A stretch of 61,637 nucleotides of DNA, filler included, from Candidatus Woesearchaeota archaeon (GCA_964342845.1; 5 parts of 5 records of this genome joined end to end with filler, not necessarily neighbours in it), one strand, 5' to 3'; counted from the whole stretch's first letter, positions 1-10,699 are shown. Notes: generated by a model not told the origin, from the letters alone. Made by a program: numbers and translations.

Positions 1-906
1 ATCAGCCAAAAACATTATATGTCTAATATCAATATCTAAACCTTGTTTTTTAATTACAGCAAGAGACTCATTAATTATAGCTTGTCTTGCCGCTTCAATA
101 CCTAAAACTTTCTCAACTTCTAAAATATCATTAGTAGTTGTTTTCTTAGTATTAACTTCTTCTAACTCTAAAACTTCCTTCAAATTACTTCCAGCAGTCA
201 TTATAACTAAATCTCCATCTCTCTTAATCGGCACAACCTGAGTAATCCCCTTAACACCTCTTACAATTACATCTTTAGATTTCTCTTTCAAACGATATAA
301 ATCAATAAGACTTTCAACTTCTTTTGGAACCAAAACCATACCTTTCTTAATTTCTTTTATTTCTACTGTCTTAAAAGAAGTAACTAAAGCATTAAGAACC
401 TCTTCAACTTTCAAACCATATTCTCTCAATTTACTATGATTTAAAACAATCTCTACTTGTTTCTTCATCAAATTAATAGAAAACTCTTGAGCTACTTCAC
501 TTAAATAAATCTCTTTTATTTTACTTGCAACTTTCCTTATTGTTTTCTCATCTTTAGTATATTTGCTCTCTAAATAAATTTCCATACTTGGTGTCTTAGG
601 ATTAACTCTTGCATCAAAAATTTCAATTAATCTAGGCAACCCTTCTGTAACCTGCATCTCTGTAACACCAGCAAAGTGGAATACATTTAATGTCATCTGC
701 GTACCTGGTTCCCCAAAGCTTTCAGCAGTAACTAAACCAATAGACTCTCCGGGTTGAATCAGAGAATTAACATATTTCTCAGCTACAGTATCTAAAACAC
801 TCTTCACCTGATCATCATTTAATTTCTGCTTCTTACATTCATCTCTAATCTTATCTAAAATCATTCCAGGAATTTTTTCTTTATAATCATCTAATAAATT
901 TTTCAT
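1..906 (-). CDS. rpoA2: DNA-directed RNA polymerase subunit A'' (runs off the left edge)
   Basis: Manual translation from the ATG at 906, which overlaps the rpoA' stop (ATGA): ...GESIGLVTAESFGEPGTQMTLNVFHFAGV...GLPRLIEIFDA...; last gene of the rpoH-B''-B'-A' operon. Confidence 0.95.
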   Translation of the reverse strand, partial: MKNLLDDYKEKIPGMILDKIRDECKKQKLNDDQVKSVLDTVAEKYVNSLIQPGESIGLVTAESFGEPGTQMTLNVFHFAGVTEMQVTEGLPRLIEIFDARVNPKTPSMEIYLESKYTKDEKTIRKVASKIKEIYLSEVAQEFSINLMKKQVEIVLNHSKLREYGLKVEEVLNALVTSFKTVEIKEIKKGMVLVPKEVESLIDLYRLKEKSKDVIVRGVKGITQVVPIKRDGDLVIMTAGSNLKEVLELEEVNTKKTTTNDILEVEKVLGIEAARQAIINESLAVIKKQGLDIDIRHIMFLAD

Positions 907-3482
907 TTTCCAACCACACCCCTAACAACATCCCTAACATTTATAGAACCACCTTCACTCTTAGCAACATCCATACTATCATCACCATATTTGAATTGTA
1001 CAATGGCCCCGCTAGCATCTCTAACAGTTTTATCATATTCAACTCTCAAATCTTGCAGAGCATTAGCAAGCCTTCTATATAAATATCCTGACTTAGGTGT
1101 TCTTAAAGCAGTATCCATTAAAGAATCTCTTCCAGTCATAGCTCCAAAAAAATACTCAGAAGGATTCAATCCTTTCTTATAACCTTTATCAACAAATCCT
1201 CTTGCACCTGGCCTCAAATCTCCTTTCTTAAAAAAAGATAACGTTCTTCCCTTATACCCTCTAGAAATTCTTCTTCCACTCATAGATAATTGACCAACAC
1301 AAGAAGCCATTTGAGCAAGATTCAAAATACTACCTTTTGCCCCAGACCGAGCCATTACTAATGTATGATTAGTTTTATCATTAATTTCACTCAAAGACTT
1401 ACCAATAACATTTCTAACTTTATTTAAAACCTCTAAAATTTTAAGTTCTAAACTATCTTCAGCAGTTAATCCAACAATAACATCTAATTTTCCTTTCATA
1501 AATTGCTGAATTAAATTTTCAACATCTTCTCTTGCTACATTTAATAATTTATTATTTTTCTCAACCATGTTCTTAGATAAATCACTATCACCCACACCTG
1601 TTGTAAATCCTCTTCTTCTCAAAACCTCAATACCTAATTTAAACATCTCACTTAATAATTCAATACCAACTTGCTCACCATATTTAGCATATATTGCTCT
1701 TATCAAAGTTCCCCCATCTTCTCCTATTGTTGCAGCATCAATATAACCACTAACTAAATTTCCATTTTCAACAATAACTAAACCATCTTTATCTCCTTCA
1801 GAATATCCTTTAACTTGGCCAACAAAATTAAAATCTTTTGGCAACAAAACACTAAACATTTCTCTACCGGTAACTTTTTCTTTAAACTCTTTAAACCTCT
1901 TAGAATTATTAATACCTACAGTCAACAACAAACCTACAGCTTCTTCTTTAGTAAAAATCATTTCCTTTGTCAACAAATAATTACCAGCAATAGAATCTTC
2001 AATACATCCAATAATATTCATTCCATTCTTAGGACTAATAATATGATACTGAACACTCATTAACAATTCAGCCTCTGATCTCGCCTCTTCAGTTTGAGGA
2101 ATATGTAAATTCATCTCATCACCATCAAAATCAGCATTATAAGGAGTACATACAGCAGGATTTAATCTAAAACTTTTTCCAGGTAAAACTCTTATCTTAT
2201 GACACATAATACTCATCCTGTGTAATGAAGGCTGTCTATTAAAAATAGAAACATCAGCATCCATCAAATGTCTTTCCACAATATAACCAGGCTGCAACTC
2301 TTCTAATAGTTGGTCCAATATATCTTCAGTAATTCTTTTCTTCTTACCATCAGGCCTTATAACATAATTAGCACCAGGATAAATATAAGGTCCTTTTTTA
2401 ATAAACTCTTTCAACCATTCTTTATTCCATTCTGTAACTGTCTCCGGAATTGTTAACTCCATAGCAACACTTTTAGGCACCCCTACTTCATTAAATTTAA
2501 TCATAGGATCTGGACTAATAACACTTCTAGCAGAAAAATTAACTCTCTTACCAGCCAAGTTATATCTAAACCTTCCTTCTTTACTTTTTATTCTCTCAGT
2601 TAAAGTCTTCAAAGGTTGTCCGCTTCTATGTCTAGCAGGTAATACAGTACTCATACTATTATCAAAAAAAGTTGTAACATGATATTGTAATAAATCCCAT
2701 AAATCTTCTATAATAATCTCAGGAGCTCCTGCATTTATATTTTCAAATAACCTTTGATTAATTCTTATTATGTCTCCCAACTTATGAGTCAAATCATCCT
2801 CACTCCTCTCACCAGTATCCAAAGTAATACTCGGCCTAACTGTCACAGGAGGAACAGATAACAAATTCAAAACCATCCACTCTGGTCTTGCATATTCAAC
2901 ATTAAATCCCAACAACTTAGCATTTTCATCAGACACCTTTTCCAGTCTTGCTCTTATATCAATAGGATTTATTCTTTTTTCACCTTCTAAAAAAGTAGTT
3001 GCACTCTCTACTTTTACAGCAAGTTTCTTCTTACCACAATGAGGACATTTTTTAACCAATCTTGCTTTACTAACAAGTTCTTTAGATACTTCTCTTCTAG
3101 CATCTGAACTACTAAGAGATTCTAACTTCAAACTATATTCACTTAACTTATCTTCGGACACTAAAATCTTAGAACAATCATTACAAAGAGATTTCAAAGT
3201 ATTCAAAATAGGTTTAATAAATTTAACATGAATAACAGGTCTAGCTAATTCAACATAACCAAAATGACCTATACATTCCTTTAATTTCTTACCACATGTT
3301 TTACATCTTAATCCGGGATCAATAACACCCAATCTTATATCCATCAAACCACCATCAACAGGGTACCCTTCTTTATCATATAATTCATAAGTAACTATTT
3401 TAGCAGCCGCCATTTTCTTAATTAATTTAGGCGACAAAACACCAAATTCTATTGCCCCTACTCTTTTATATACATAGTCCAT
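903..3482 (-). CDS. rpoA1: DNA-directed RNA polymerase subunit A'
   Basis: Catalytic NADFDGD motif, N-terminal zinc motifs (CKTC...CIGH), operon context. Confidence 0.99.
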   Translation of the reverse strand: MDYVYKRVGAIEFGVLSPKLIKKMAAAKIVTYELYDKEGYPVDGGLMDIRLGVIDPGLRCKTCGKKLKECIGHFGYVELARPVIHVKFIKPILNTLKSLCNDCSKILVSEDKLSEYSLKLESLSSSDARREVSKELVSKARLVKKCPHCGKKKLAVKVESATTFLEGEKRINPIDIRARLEKVSDENAKLLGFNVEYARPEWMVLNLLSVPPVTVRPSITLDTGERSEDDLTHKLGDIIRINQRLFENINAGAPEIIIEDLWDLLQYHVTTFFDNSMSTVLPARHRSGQPLKTLTERIKSKEGRFRYNLAGKRVNFSARSVISPDPMIKFNEVGVPKSVAMELTIPETVTEWNKEWLKEFIKKGPYIYPGANYVIRPDGKKKRITEDILDQLLEELQPGYIVERHLMDADVSIFNRQPSLHRMSIMCHKIRVLPGKSFRLNPAVCTPYNADFDGDEMNLHIPQTEEARSEAELLMSVQYHIISPKNGMNIIGCIEDSIAGNYLLTKEMIFTKEEAVGLLLTVGINNSKRFKEFKEKVTGREMFSVLLPKDFNFVGQVKGYSEGDKDGLVIVENGNLVSGYIDAATIGEDGGTLIRAIYAKYGEQVGIELLSEMFKLGIEVLRRRGFTTGVGDSDLSKNMVEKNNKLLNVAREDVENLIQQFMKGKLDVIVGLTAEDSLELKILEVLNKVRNVIGKSLSEINDKTNHTLVMARSGAKGSILNLAQMASCVGQLSMSGRRISRGYKGRTLSFFKKGDLRPGARGFVDKGYKKGLNPSEYFFGAMTGRDSLMDTALRTPKSGYLYRRLANALQDLRVEYDKTVRDASGAIVQFKYGDDSMDVAKSEGGSINVRDVVRGVVGK

Positions 3483-3483
3483 T

Positions 3484-5295
3484 CTAATATTTATCCTCCA
3501 AATTCAACCTAGGGTAAATTAATAAAGACTTAAGCTCATCTAATAACAATTTAAAAGCATAACTAATTTCAACAGCATTAATATTTGAACTACTATTACA
3601 AGAAGTACAATAAGCAGTTTTCTTGAATGAATCATATAGAGCAACCAATCCACAACTCTCACAAATATAAACCAAAGTCTTATCAGAATCAAACCTTTCT
3701 TTCAATAATAAAGATGCCCCATGCGCTACTAAACAATCTTTCTCCATCTCTCCTAATCTTAATCCACCACCTTTTGCTCTACCTTCTATTGGTTGTCTTG
3801 TCAACAATTGTATTCTTCCTGAAGCTCTAGCATGTAACTTATTTGCAACCATATATTTTAATCTTAAATAATAAATATTACCAATAAAAATTCTAACCTT
3901 CATTTGTTCACCAGTTACACCATTATACATAATCTCAGTTCCATCTTCCCTAAATCCATTTTCCAACAACTCTCCTCTTAAATCTTGTTCAGAAGGAGTA
4001 TCAAAAGAAGTTGCATCAACACATTTCCCTCTTAAAGCCGCAGTCTTACCTGCCATTACTTCAATTAAATGAGAAATAGTCATCCTAGAAGGCAGACTAT
4101 GCGGGGAAAAAATCACATCAGGAACAATACCTGAAGCAGTAAAAGGCATATCTTCTTTAGGCAATATTAAACCAAGAACCCCTTTTTGTCCATGTCTTGA
4201 AGCAAACTTATCACCAAACTCAGGTATTCTTTGATCTCTTAACCTAACTTGAACCATCCTATTTCCTTCTTCATTTTCTGTAATAAAGACCATATCAACT
4301 TTACCTTTCTCACCTTGTTTAATAACAGTAGATGATTCCCTTCTAGTATTAGCGGATATGCTCATCTCCTCTAAATCTCCTAAGAATCTAGGTGGGCTTG
4401 TTTTACCAATAACAACATCATCAGCATCCAACACAGCCTCAGCATAAACTATTCCATCCTCTTCTAAGAACCTATAATCTTTCTCACTTCTATACGCCTT
4501 AACCTCTTTGTCAGGCACAGCTATTTCATCAGTCAATCCACCAGAATATCTCTTCTCCTCACTTGTATAAGGTTTAAAATAAGTACTTCTCATAAAACCC
4601 ATATCAATAGAACCACCATTAAATATAACAGAGTCCTGCATGTTATACGCATTATAACTCATCACAGCAATAACAACATTTTGTCCAGATGGTCTCGCAT
4701 CAAAATTAAAAACATCATGCATAAAGGATTTAACTAAAGGTCTTTGAGGATAATGCAATACATTAGCATCTGTATCAACTCTAACAGGATAGTTCATAGC
4801 ATAAAGCCCTAAAGCTTGTTTCTGAATCTTACTCCCTCTAATTAGTCTTGAGCTACTTCCAAAATTTGAATATGGCACTAATGATGTACATAAACCCAAC
4901 ATTAAAATAGGACTAATTTCCAAATGAGTATGTTCTTTTGTTAAATCTTTCTCATACAAAGCACTTAAAACATCTTCTTCTTCAGCAGCATCTAAATATT
5001 CTACTACTCCTTTGTTAACTAAATCGTCCCAACTTATCTCTCCTTTAGCTAAGCTTTCTTGAAGCTCTTTAGTAAATTTAGAAACACCATCTTCTACAAC
5101 AATTAAAGGCCTTCGAGATCTACCAGGAGAAGTCTCAATAACAATTTCATTAAAATCAGCATCATATCTTAAATTGACAATTTTTGGTAATTTGCCTTCT
5201 CTCCTCAACAATCTTACATCACTTAAAAATTTATCACGACTAGATACAGTCCCAACAAACTTCTCATTTAAAAAAACATCAACCATTTTAATCAA
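3484..5295 (-). CDS. rpoB1: DNA-directed RNA polymerase subunit B' (start may be ATG 5286)
   Basis: GDKFASRHGQKG, RLGEMEKD, C-terminal zinc ribbon. Confidence 0.98.
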   Translation of the reverse strand: MIKMVDVFLNEKFVGTVSSRDKFLSDVRLLRREGKLPKIVNLRYDADFNEIVIETSPGRSRRPLIVVEDGVSKFTKELQESLAKGEISWDDLVNKGVVEYLDAAEEEDVLSALYEKDLTKEHTHLEISPILMLGLCTSLVPYSNFGSSSRLIRGSKIQKQALGLYAMNYPVRVDTDANVLHYPQRPLVKSFMHDVFNFDARPSGQNVVIAVMSYNAYNMQDSVIFNGGSIDMGFMRSTYFKPYTSEEKRYSGGLTDEIAVPDKEVKAYRSEKDYRFLEEDGIVYAEAVLDADDVVIGKTSPPRFLGDLEEMSISANTRRESSTVIKQGEKGKVDMVFITENEEGNRMVQVRLRDQRIPEFGDKFASRHGQKGVLGLILPKEDMPFTASGIVPDVIFSPHSLPSRMTISHLIEVMAGKTAALRGKCVDATSFDTPSEQDLRGELLENGFREDGTEIMYNGVTGEQMKVRIFIGNIYYLRLKYMVANKLHARASGRIQLLTRQPIEGRAKGGGLRLGEMEKDCLVAHGASLLLKERFDSDKTLVYICESCGLVALYDSFKKTAYCTSCNSSSNINAVEISYAFKLLLDELKSLLIYPRLNLEDKY

Positions 5296-6779
5296 GCAGA
5301 CTTCAAACCTACCCCCTCTAATATTTTTTTCAACTTTTCATCCGAGTAACTACCACTACTTACTTCAGACATCAAACTCATATTTTTTCTTAAACCGATA
5401 GGAGTTCCTTCAGGAGTTTCAACAGGACACAACCTACCATAATGAGTAGCATGCAATGCTCTTGCCTCAAAGTTTTCTTGTGTAGCTGTTAATAAACTAA
5501 CAACTCTTTGTAAATGTGACAAAGTAGCTAAAGAATTTGTTCTATCAATATTCTGACTTATCCCACTTCTACCACCTGGCCAATTCCCAGTAGCTACAGC
5601 ACTTTTAATTCTTGCAGCAATTAATTGATCTCTTATTATAATCTTTATAGATTGGAACTTGCCTCTCTTTACTAATCTTTGGAAATTATAAAGCATATCT
5701 TGAACAGAACTTCTTAAATTAACTCTAAATAAATCAGCCATTAAGTTTCCACTAAGCTTCAACCTTTTATTCATATAATGATCTTTATCAAAAGTTTCTA
5801 TGCCTTCTTTAGAAACCATCAAATACTTCTTAATAATTTTACACAGATTATAAGCTTTATATGCTCTATCCTTAGGCTCTATTCCTAAATGTGGTAAAAA
5901 ATACCTATCTAATTGTTCTTTAACTTTCTGAGATTTCTGCTCCTTTAAATGACTAAAACCCATAAGTCTAGCCAAATCTTCTAAAGCATCTTTATCAGTC
6001 TTCAAATTAGCACTATTATACAAATTAAGAAAAACATCATCATATTCTTTATCTTCAGAAACATATTTCATTATTTCATCATCTCTAACAAACCCAAGAC
6101 CTTTTAACAAAAGTACAAAAGGAATTCTTTTAAACCTACTAAAACTAAGATATATAATTCCATCTTTCAATTGTTCTATAGTATGAGGAACTCTATAATA
6201 ACCAGACTCAGAAAATAATTTACCAACAAATTTACTAGGCCCTATCTTTACTTCATTAACAAACAATTTACTCGAAGCTAAATCTTCAACAGTTATCAAA
6301 ACTCTTTCATTACCATTTAAAATAAAATAACCACCAAAATCTTTTGGATCTTCATAACGTTCTACCAAAGCTTCATCTTTCAAACCATGTAAATGACAAA
6401 ACTTAGATTTAACCATAATTGGTATTTTACCTATAGTCGCTGTAAACGCTTCTCTTTGAACATTATCCATTAAAGAAAATACCTCTACATTTATCGGAGA
6501 AGAATAAGTCAACCCTCTTAATCTTGCTTCAACAGGAAAAATATCTCTTTTCGAACCATCAGCTTCAACCATCAATGGCTTTTCAATACTTACTTTACCA
6601 AATTTAATCTTAAAATTTTCCACTTCTTGCGGAATGATTGTAGGAATAATATCTCCAACCTCATTTACAATTTGTTGCATACCTTTTTCAATAAATTCAT
6701 TAAAAGACTTTATATTAGACTCTACAAAAGAATGATTCTTATAATAATCTTTAATTAAATTTTTATAATTATTAACCAT
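5292..6779 (-). CDS. rpoB2: DNA-directed RNA polymerase subunit B''
   Basis: EARLRGLTYSSP, GGYFILNGNERV, GRLCPVETPEG motifs. Confidence 0.98.
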   Translation of the reverse strand: MVNNYKNLIKDYYKNHSFVESNIKSFNEFIEKGMQQIVNEVGDIIPTIIPQEVENFKIKFGKVSIEKPLMVEADGSKRDIFPVEARLRGLTYSSPINVEVFSLMDNVQREAFTATIGKIPIMVKSKFCHLHGLKDEALVERYEDPKDFGGYFILNGNERVLITVEDLASSKLFVNEVKIGPSKFVGKLFSESGYYRVPHTIEQLKDGIIYLSFSRFKRIPFVLLLKGLGFVRDDEIMKYVSEDKEYDDVFLNLYNSANLKTDKDALEDLARLMGFSHLKEQKSQKVKEQLDRYFLPHLGIEPKDRAYKAYNLCKIIKKYLMVSKEGIETFDKDHYMNKRLKLSGNLMADLFRVNLRSSVQDMLYNFQRLVKRGKFQSIKIIIRDQLIAARIKSAVATGNWPGGRSGISQNIDRTNSLATLSHLQRVVSLLTATQENFEARALHATHYGRLCPVETPEGTPIGLRKNMSLMSEVSSGSYSDEKLKKILEGVGLKSA

Positions 6780-7008
6780 TTACAACCACCCTATAATAAA
6801 TTGTATCTTTTACAGTAGGACTTTTTCTGGCAACCTTTATAATATCTCCTACATTAACATTCATTCCTTCTAAAACTTTATCTTTTACTTTAATTTTTGG
6901 TAATTGATTCAAACTCAAATTGAATTTTTTTAAGAATTCTTGTTTTTCTACATCTGTCATTAGTTCATGCTTCGGCACTAAATTATGTTTTGTTATATCC
7001 ACTTGCAT
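6772..7008 (-). CDS. rpoH: DNA-directed RNA polymerase subunit H (Rpo5)
   Basis: HNLVPKHELM...LPKI...GDIIKVARKSPT...YYRVV; first gene of the operon. Confidence 0.97.
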   Translation of the reverse strand: MQVDITKHNLVPKHELMTDVEKQEFLKKFNLSLNQLPKIKVKDKVLEGMNVNVGDIIKVARKSPTVKDTIYYRVVVNG

Positions 7009-7020
7009 TATCTCCTTTAG

Positions 7021-7111
7021 CGGGCCGGACGGGATTTGAACCCGCGACCACCTGATTTCTTACTCAGTTCAGTTAAAAGTCAGGTGCTCTACCAAACTGA
7101 GCTACCAGCCC
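7021..7111 (-). tRNA. tRNA-Lys(UUU) with a 17-nt intron (7057-7073) at 37/38
   Basis: Reverse complement GGGCTGGTAGCTCAGTTTGGTAGAGCA-CCTGA-CTTTTA[ACTGAACTGAGTAAGAA]A-TCAGG-TGGTCGCGGGTTCAAATCCCGTCCGGCCCG folds as a cloverleaf with a relaxed bulge-helix-bulge. Confidence 0.95.
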
Positions 7112-7274
7112 ATATAGTTCTCACTATAATCTATAAGCACAATGAAAGATTATATGACCCATTTTTAAACCAAATCAAATTTTTTAGATTAACAGACCAT
7201 ATATAAAACTTTCTATTTCCGATATAATACAAAAACATTTAAATACTACCAGTTAATAACAATAATTCTTCAAA

Positions 7275-9128
7275 ATGATTAATAAAATTTTAGAATTAGT
7301 AAAAGAATACAACCCAAAAGCAGATCTAGAGTTAATAAAAAGAGCATATCATTTTGCAGATAATGCTCACAAAAATCAAAAAAGACTTTCTGGAGAACAA
7401 TACATAATCCACCCATTAAAAGTTACTCTAACAGTAGCAAACCTAAAAGGTGACACTGCAAGTATCTGTGCCTCCTTACTTCATGATACATTAGAGGACT
7501 GCAACATAAAACCAAAAGAATTAGAAAAAGAATTTAATAAAGAAATATTATTACTAGTAGAAGGCCTAACCAAAATTAGAAACATACCTATAGAAATTAA
7601 AACTGCATCCTACATAAGAAAAGTACTTCTAGCAACAACAAAAGATATCAGAATTATAATAATAAAATTAGCAGATAAACTAGACAACATGAGAACTCTG
7701 AAATATCATAAACCAGAAAAAAGAAAAAAAATAGCAGAAGAAACTTTAAACATATACGCACCAGTTGCACAAAAACTTGGCATGTATGAACTAAAAGGGG
7801 AATTAGAAGATTTATCTCTAAAACATTTAAAACCAGAAATATATCAACACTTAAAACAAAAAGTAAACCAAACAAGAGAAGAAAGAGAAGAAAGAATAAA
7901 AACTACAATCAAAGAAATAAAAGAACTTCTAAAAGAAATAAATGTAAACATAAAAGGAAGAGCAAAATATTTCTATTCAATTTACAAAAGCATGAAAAAG
8001 AAACACAAAGAATTTAGCGAAATATACGACTTAACAGCATTAAGAATAATAACAAATACAACACCAGACTGTTATCTTGTTTTAGGAAAACTTCACGAAA
8101 AATACAAACCCTTATCAAATAAGTTTAAAGACTATATAGCTGTTCCTAAAAAAAATGGTTATCAGTCTCTACATACAACAGTTATAACAAAAAAAGGTAG
8201 CATTTTAGAAATACAAATAAGAACAAAACAAATGCACACCCAAGCAGAAGAAGGTGTAGCTTCACACTGGATTTACAAAGGAACAGAAAGAGATAAACAA
8301 TTTGATCAGAGAATAGCCTGGTTAAAAGAACTTTTAGAATGGAAAACATCTGAAAAAGCTTTTGTCGAAAACTTAAAATTTGATTTATTTGAAAAAGAAA
8401 TTATTGTATTCACACCAAAAGGAGATCCTATTATTTTGCCAGAAAACTCAACTCCTATTGATTTTGCGTATGAAGTACATTCTAATATAGGTAACAACTG
8501 TTCAAAGGCAGAAGTCAATAGTAAAATAGTTCCATTAGATTATATCCTAAAAAGCGGAGAAGTGGTTAATATTATGACAAAAAAAGATGCAAGACCCTCA
8601 AGACAATGGTTAAAATTTGTAAAAACAAGCAAAGCAAGAACAAAAATATCACAAGCCCTAAATATAAAATCTATTGATTTCACAAAACAAGAATCTAAAA
8701 AAGAAAACATAATTAAAGAAATAATTTGTGATTCAAAAAAACAATTAAAACTATCTAAATGTTGTAGTCCTAAATCCAATGATTTAATTAAAGGCTTTCT
8801 AACAAAAGATGGAAAGATTACAATCCATAAAGCAGATTGTATTAACTGTAAAACTCTAAAAAAAGAAATAAAAGTTAGTTGGGAAGAAAAAAAAGAACCA
8901 ATAAAAATAAGAATCTTAGTTGAAAATAGAACAGGTATGTTAGCAGACTTATTAAGTATAATAACGTCTAAAGAAATAAATATCCAAGCTATAAACTCTA
9001 GAAACAGAAAAGATAAAGTAATAATAACAATGTCATTTGAAAAAAAAGATGAAAATATAGTAGACCAATTAATAAACAACTTCAAACTTATTCAAGGAGT
9101 TTTAGAAATAGAGAAGGTTAAAGAATGA
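7275..9128 (+). CDS. rel: Long RelA/SpoT homolog ((p)ppGpp synthetase/hydrolase; HD, SYNTH, TGS, ZFD and ACT domains)
   Basis: LLHDTLED, KLADKLDNMRTL, GRAKYFYSI, KFKDYIAVPKKNGYQSLHT, EIQIRT, TGS (VFTPKGD...DFAYEVH), SKCCSP...IHKADC, ACT (NRTGMLADL). Confidence 0.95.
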   Translation: MINKILELVKEYNPKADLELIKRAYHFADNAHKNQKRLSGEQYIIHPLKVTLTVANLKGDTASICASLLHDTLEDCNIKPKELEKEFNKEILLLVEGLTKIRNIPIEIKTASYIRKVLLATTKDIRIIIIKLADKLDNMRTLKYHKPEKRKKIAEETLNIYAPVAQKLGMYELKGELEDLSLKHLKPEIYQHLKQKVNQTREEREERIKTTIKEIKELLKEINVNIKGRAKYFYSIYKSMKKKHKEFSEIYDLTALRIITNTTPDCYLVLGKLHEKYKPLSNKFKDYIAVPKKNGYQSLHTTVITKKGSILEIQIRTKQMHTQAEEGVASHWIYKGTERDKQFDQRIAWLKELLEWKTSEKAFVENLKFDLFEKEIIVFTPKGDPIILPENSTPIDFAYEVHSNIGNNCSKAEVNSKIVPLDYILKSGEVVNIMTKKDARPSRQWLKFVKTSKARTKISQALNIKSIDFTKQESKKENIIKEIICDSKKQLKLSKCCSPKSNDLIKGFLTKDGKITIHKADCINCKTLKKEIKVSWEEKKEPIKIRILVENRTGMLADLLSIITSKEINIQAINSRNRKDKVIITMSFEKKDENIVDQLINNFKLIQGVLEIEKVKE

Positions 9129-9922
9129 TAATCAAAGAAATAACCTCAAAATCCTGCTTAACTAAAAGTAAGTTAACAGATTATGTAATAAACCCATACA
9201 CAGGTTGCCAACACGGATGTAAATACTGTTACGCAACATTCATAAAAAGATTTCAAAACATAAAAGAACCATGGGGAGAATTTATTCATATTAAGAAAAA
9301 CTGCATAGAACTTCTAGAAAAAGAACTTAAAAAAAATAAGCCAGGACATATATGGCTTAGCTCAGTAACAGACGCTTACCAACCCATAGAAAATAGAACC
9401 AAACTAACAAGAGAGATACTAAAAACAATCCTACCTCACAAAAATAAATTTACAGTAGAAATTCTAACAAAATCTTCTTTAGTAAAAAGAGACTTTGGCA
9501 TAATAAAAAAACTAAATTCAGAAATAGGCTTATCAATAAATACTTTAGACAAAAATGTCACAAAGATAATTGAACCTTTAGCATCTAAACCTCTAGAAAG
9601 AATAAAAACCTTAAAACAAGCTGAAAAAGAAAACATAAAAGTTTATGGATTCATCTCTCCTTTGCTTCCAGGAATAACAAACCTAGAAGAATTATTCAAA
9701 GAATTAAACTTTTGTAACCACGTCTACATTGAACTATTAAACACCAGAAAACCCATATTAAATAGACTAATGCCAGTAATAAAAAAACATTTCCCAGAAA
9801 AAATAAAAGATTTTGAATTTGCAATTAACAACCCAGAACAACACTTCAAAGAAATAGAAAAACAAGCAAAAGTTCTTAGTAAAAAATACAACCTAAAAAT
9901 AAAATTAATTATCAAGCACTAA
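9125..9922 (+). CDS. Radical SAM protein (SplB/Rv2578c-like family)
   Basis: INPYTGCQHGCKYCYA CxxxCxxC motif, SSVTDAYQPIE. Confidence 0.85.
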   Translation: MIIKEITSKSCLTKSKLTDYVINPYTGCQHGCKYCYATFIKRFQNIKEPWGEFIHIKKNCIELLEKELKKNKPGHIWLSSVTDAYQPIENRTKLTREILKTILPHKNKFTVEILTKSSLVKRDFGIIKKLNSEIGLSINTLDKNVTKIIEPLASKPLERIKTLKQAEKENIKVYGFISPLLPGITNLEELFKELNFCNHVYIELLNTRKPILNRLMPVIKKHFPEKIKDFEFAINNPEQHFKEIEKQAKVLSKKYNLKIKLIIKH

Positions 9923-9923
9923 A

Positions 9924-10397
9924 ATGAATTATTACGATAAAATCTCAAAAGGCTACAACGAACTCTACAAAGAAGAACAACTAGAAAAAATAAAAAAACT
10001 AATTAAAATCATAGACAAAACTAAAAAAACTTTAGATGTCGGATGTGGAACAGCTTTTTATCATACCTTCTTCAAAAACTATACAGGAATAGACAACTCA
10101 AAAGAAATGTTAAAACAATCAAAAGCAAATATAAAATATTCACAAGCAGAAAACATCCCTTTCAAAGACAACTCTTTTGAACAAGTAATCTCTATTTCAG
10201 CTTTTCACAATTTCAAAGACCACAAAAAAGCTCTAAAAGAAATAGAAAGAATCTCAAAAAACACAATAGCAATAACAATAATAAAAAGAACACCAAAACT
10301 CAAATACTACAAAAACCTCTTAAAAGATTTCAAACAAATAGATTTAGGAAAAGATATACTATTTCTCAAAAAAACAAAAACTATAAAAACACAATAA
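9924..10397 (+). CDS. Class I SAM-dependent methyltransferase
   Basis: LDVGCGT motif I, GIDNSKEML, AENIPFKDNSF. Confidence 0.85.
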   Translation: MNYYDKISKGYNELYKEEQLEKIKKLIKIIDKTKKTLDVGCGTAFYHTFFKNYTGIDNSKEMLKQSKANIKYSQAENIPFKDNSFEQVISISAFHNFKDHKKALKEIERISKNTIAITIIKRTPKLKYYKNLLKDFKQIDLGKDILFLKKTKTIKTQ

Positions 10398-10413
10398 ACC
10401 TAAATAAATTAAA

Positions 10414-10686
10414 ATGACAGAAAGAACAGAAGCCTTAATGAGGATTCTAGTGGCAATTGTTTCTGGAATAATCCTAAGTATCTGGAAGGTTTTAATACAA
10501 ATTCTTGCAGTAATCCATTGGGTTATTACAATAGTTATAGGAAAAAGAAACAAAGACTTAGCAGATTTCAGCGAAATTTGGAACACTCAAGTTTACATCT
10601 TTTTAAGATATATAACATTTGTTTCAAATAAAAGACCATTTCCTTTCAAACCACTAGAAAAGAATATATCAAAATTCAAAAAATAA
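10414..10686 (+). CDS. Membrane protein, DUF4389-like
   Basis: Two hydrophobic helices, C-terminal RYITFVSNKRPFPF. Confidence 0.7.
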   Translation: MTERTEALMRILVAIVSGIILSIWKVLIQILAVIHWVITIVIGKRNKDLADFSEIWNTQVYIFLRYITFVSNKRPFPFKPLEKNISKFKK

Positions 10687-10699
10687 TTTTTTATTTTAT

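Noticed and set aside
1..6779. Split RpoA and RpoB as a novelty
   Set aside because: Normal organisation for many archaea.
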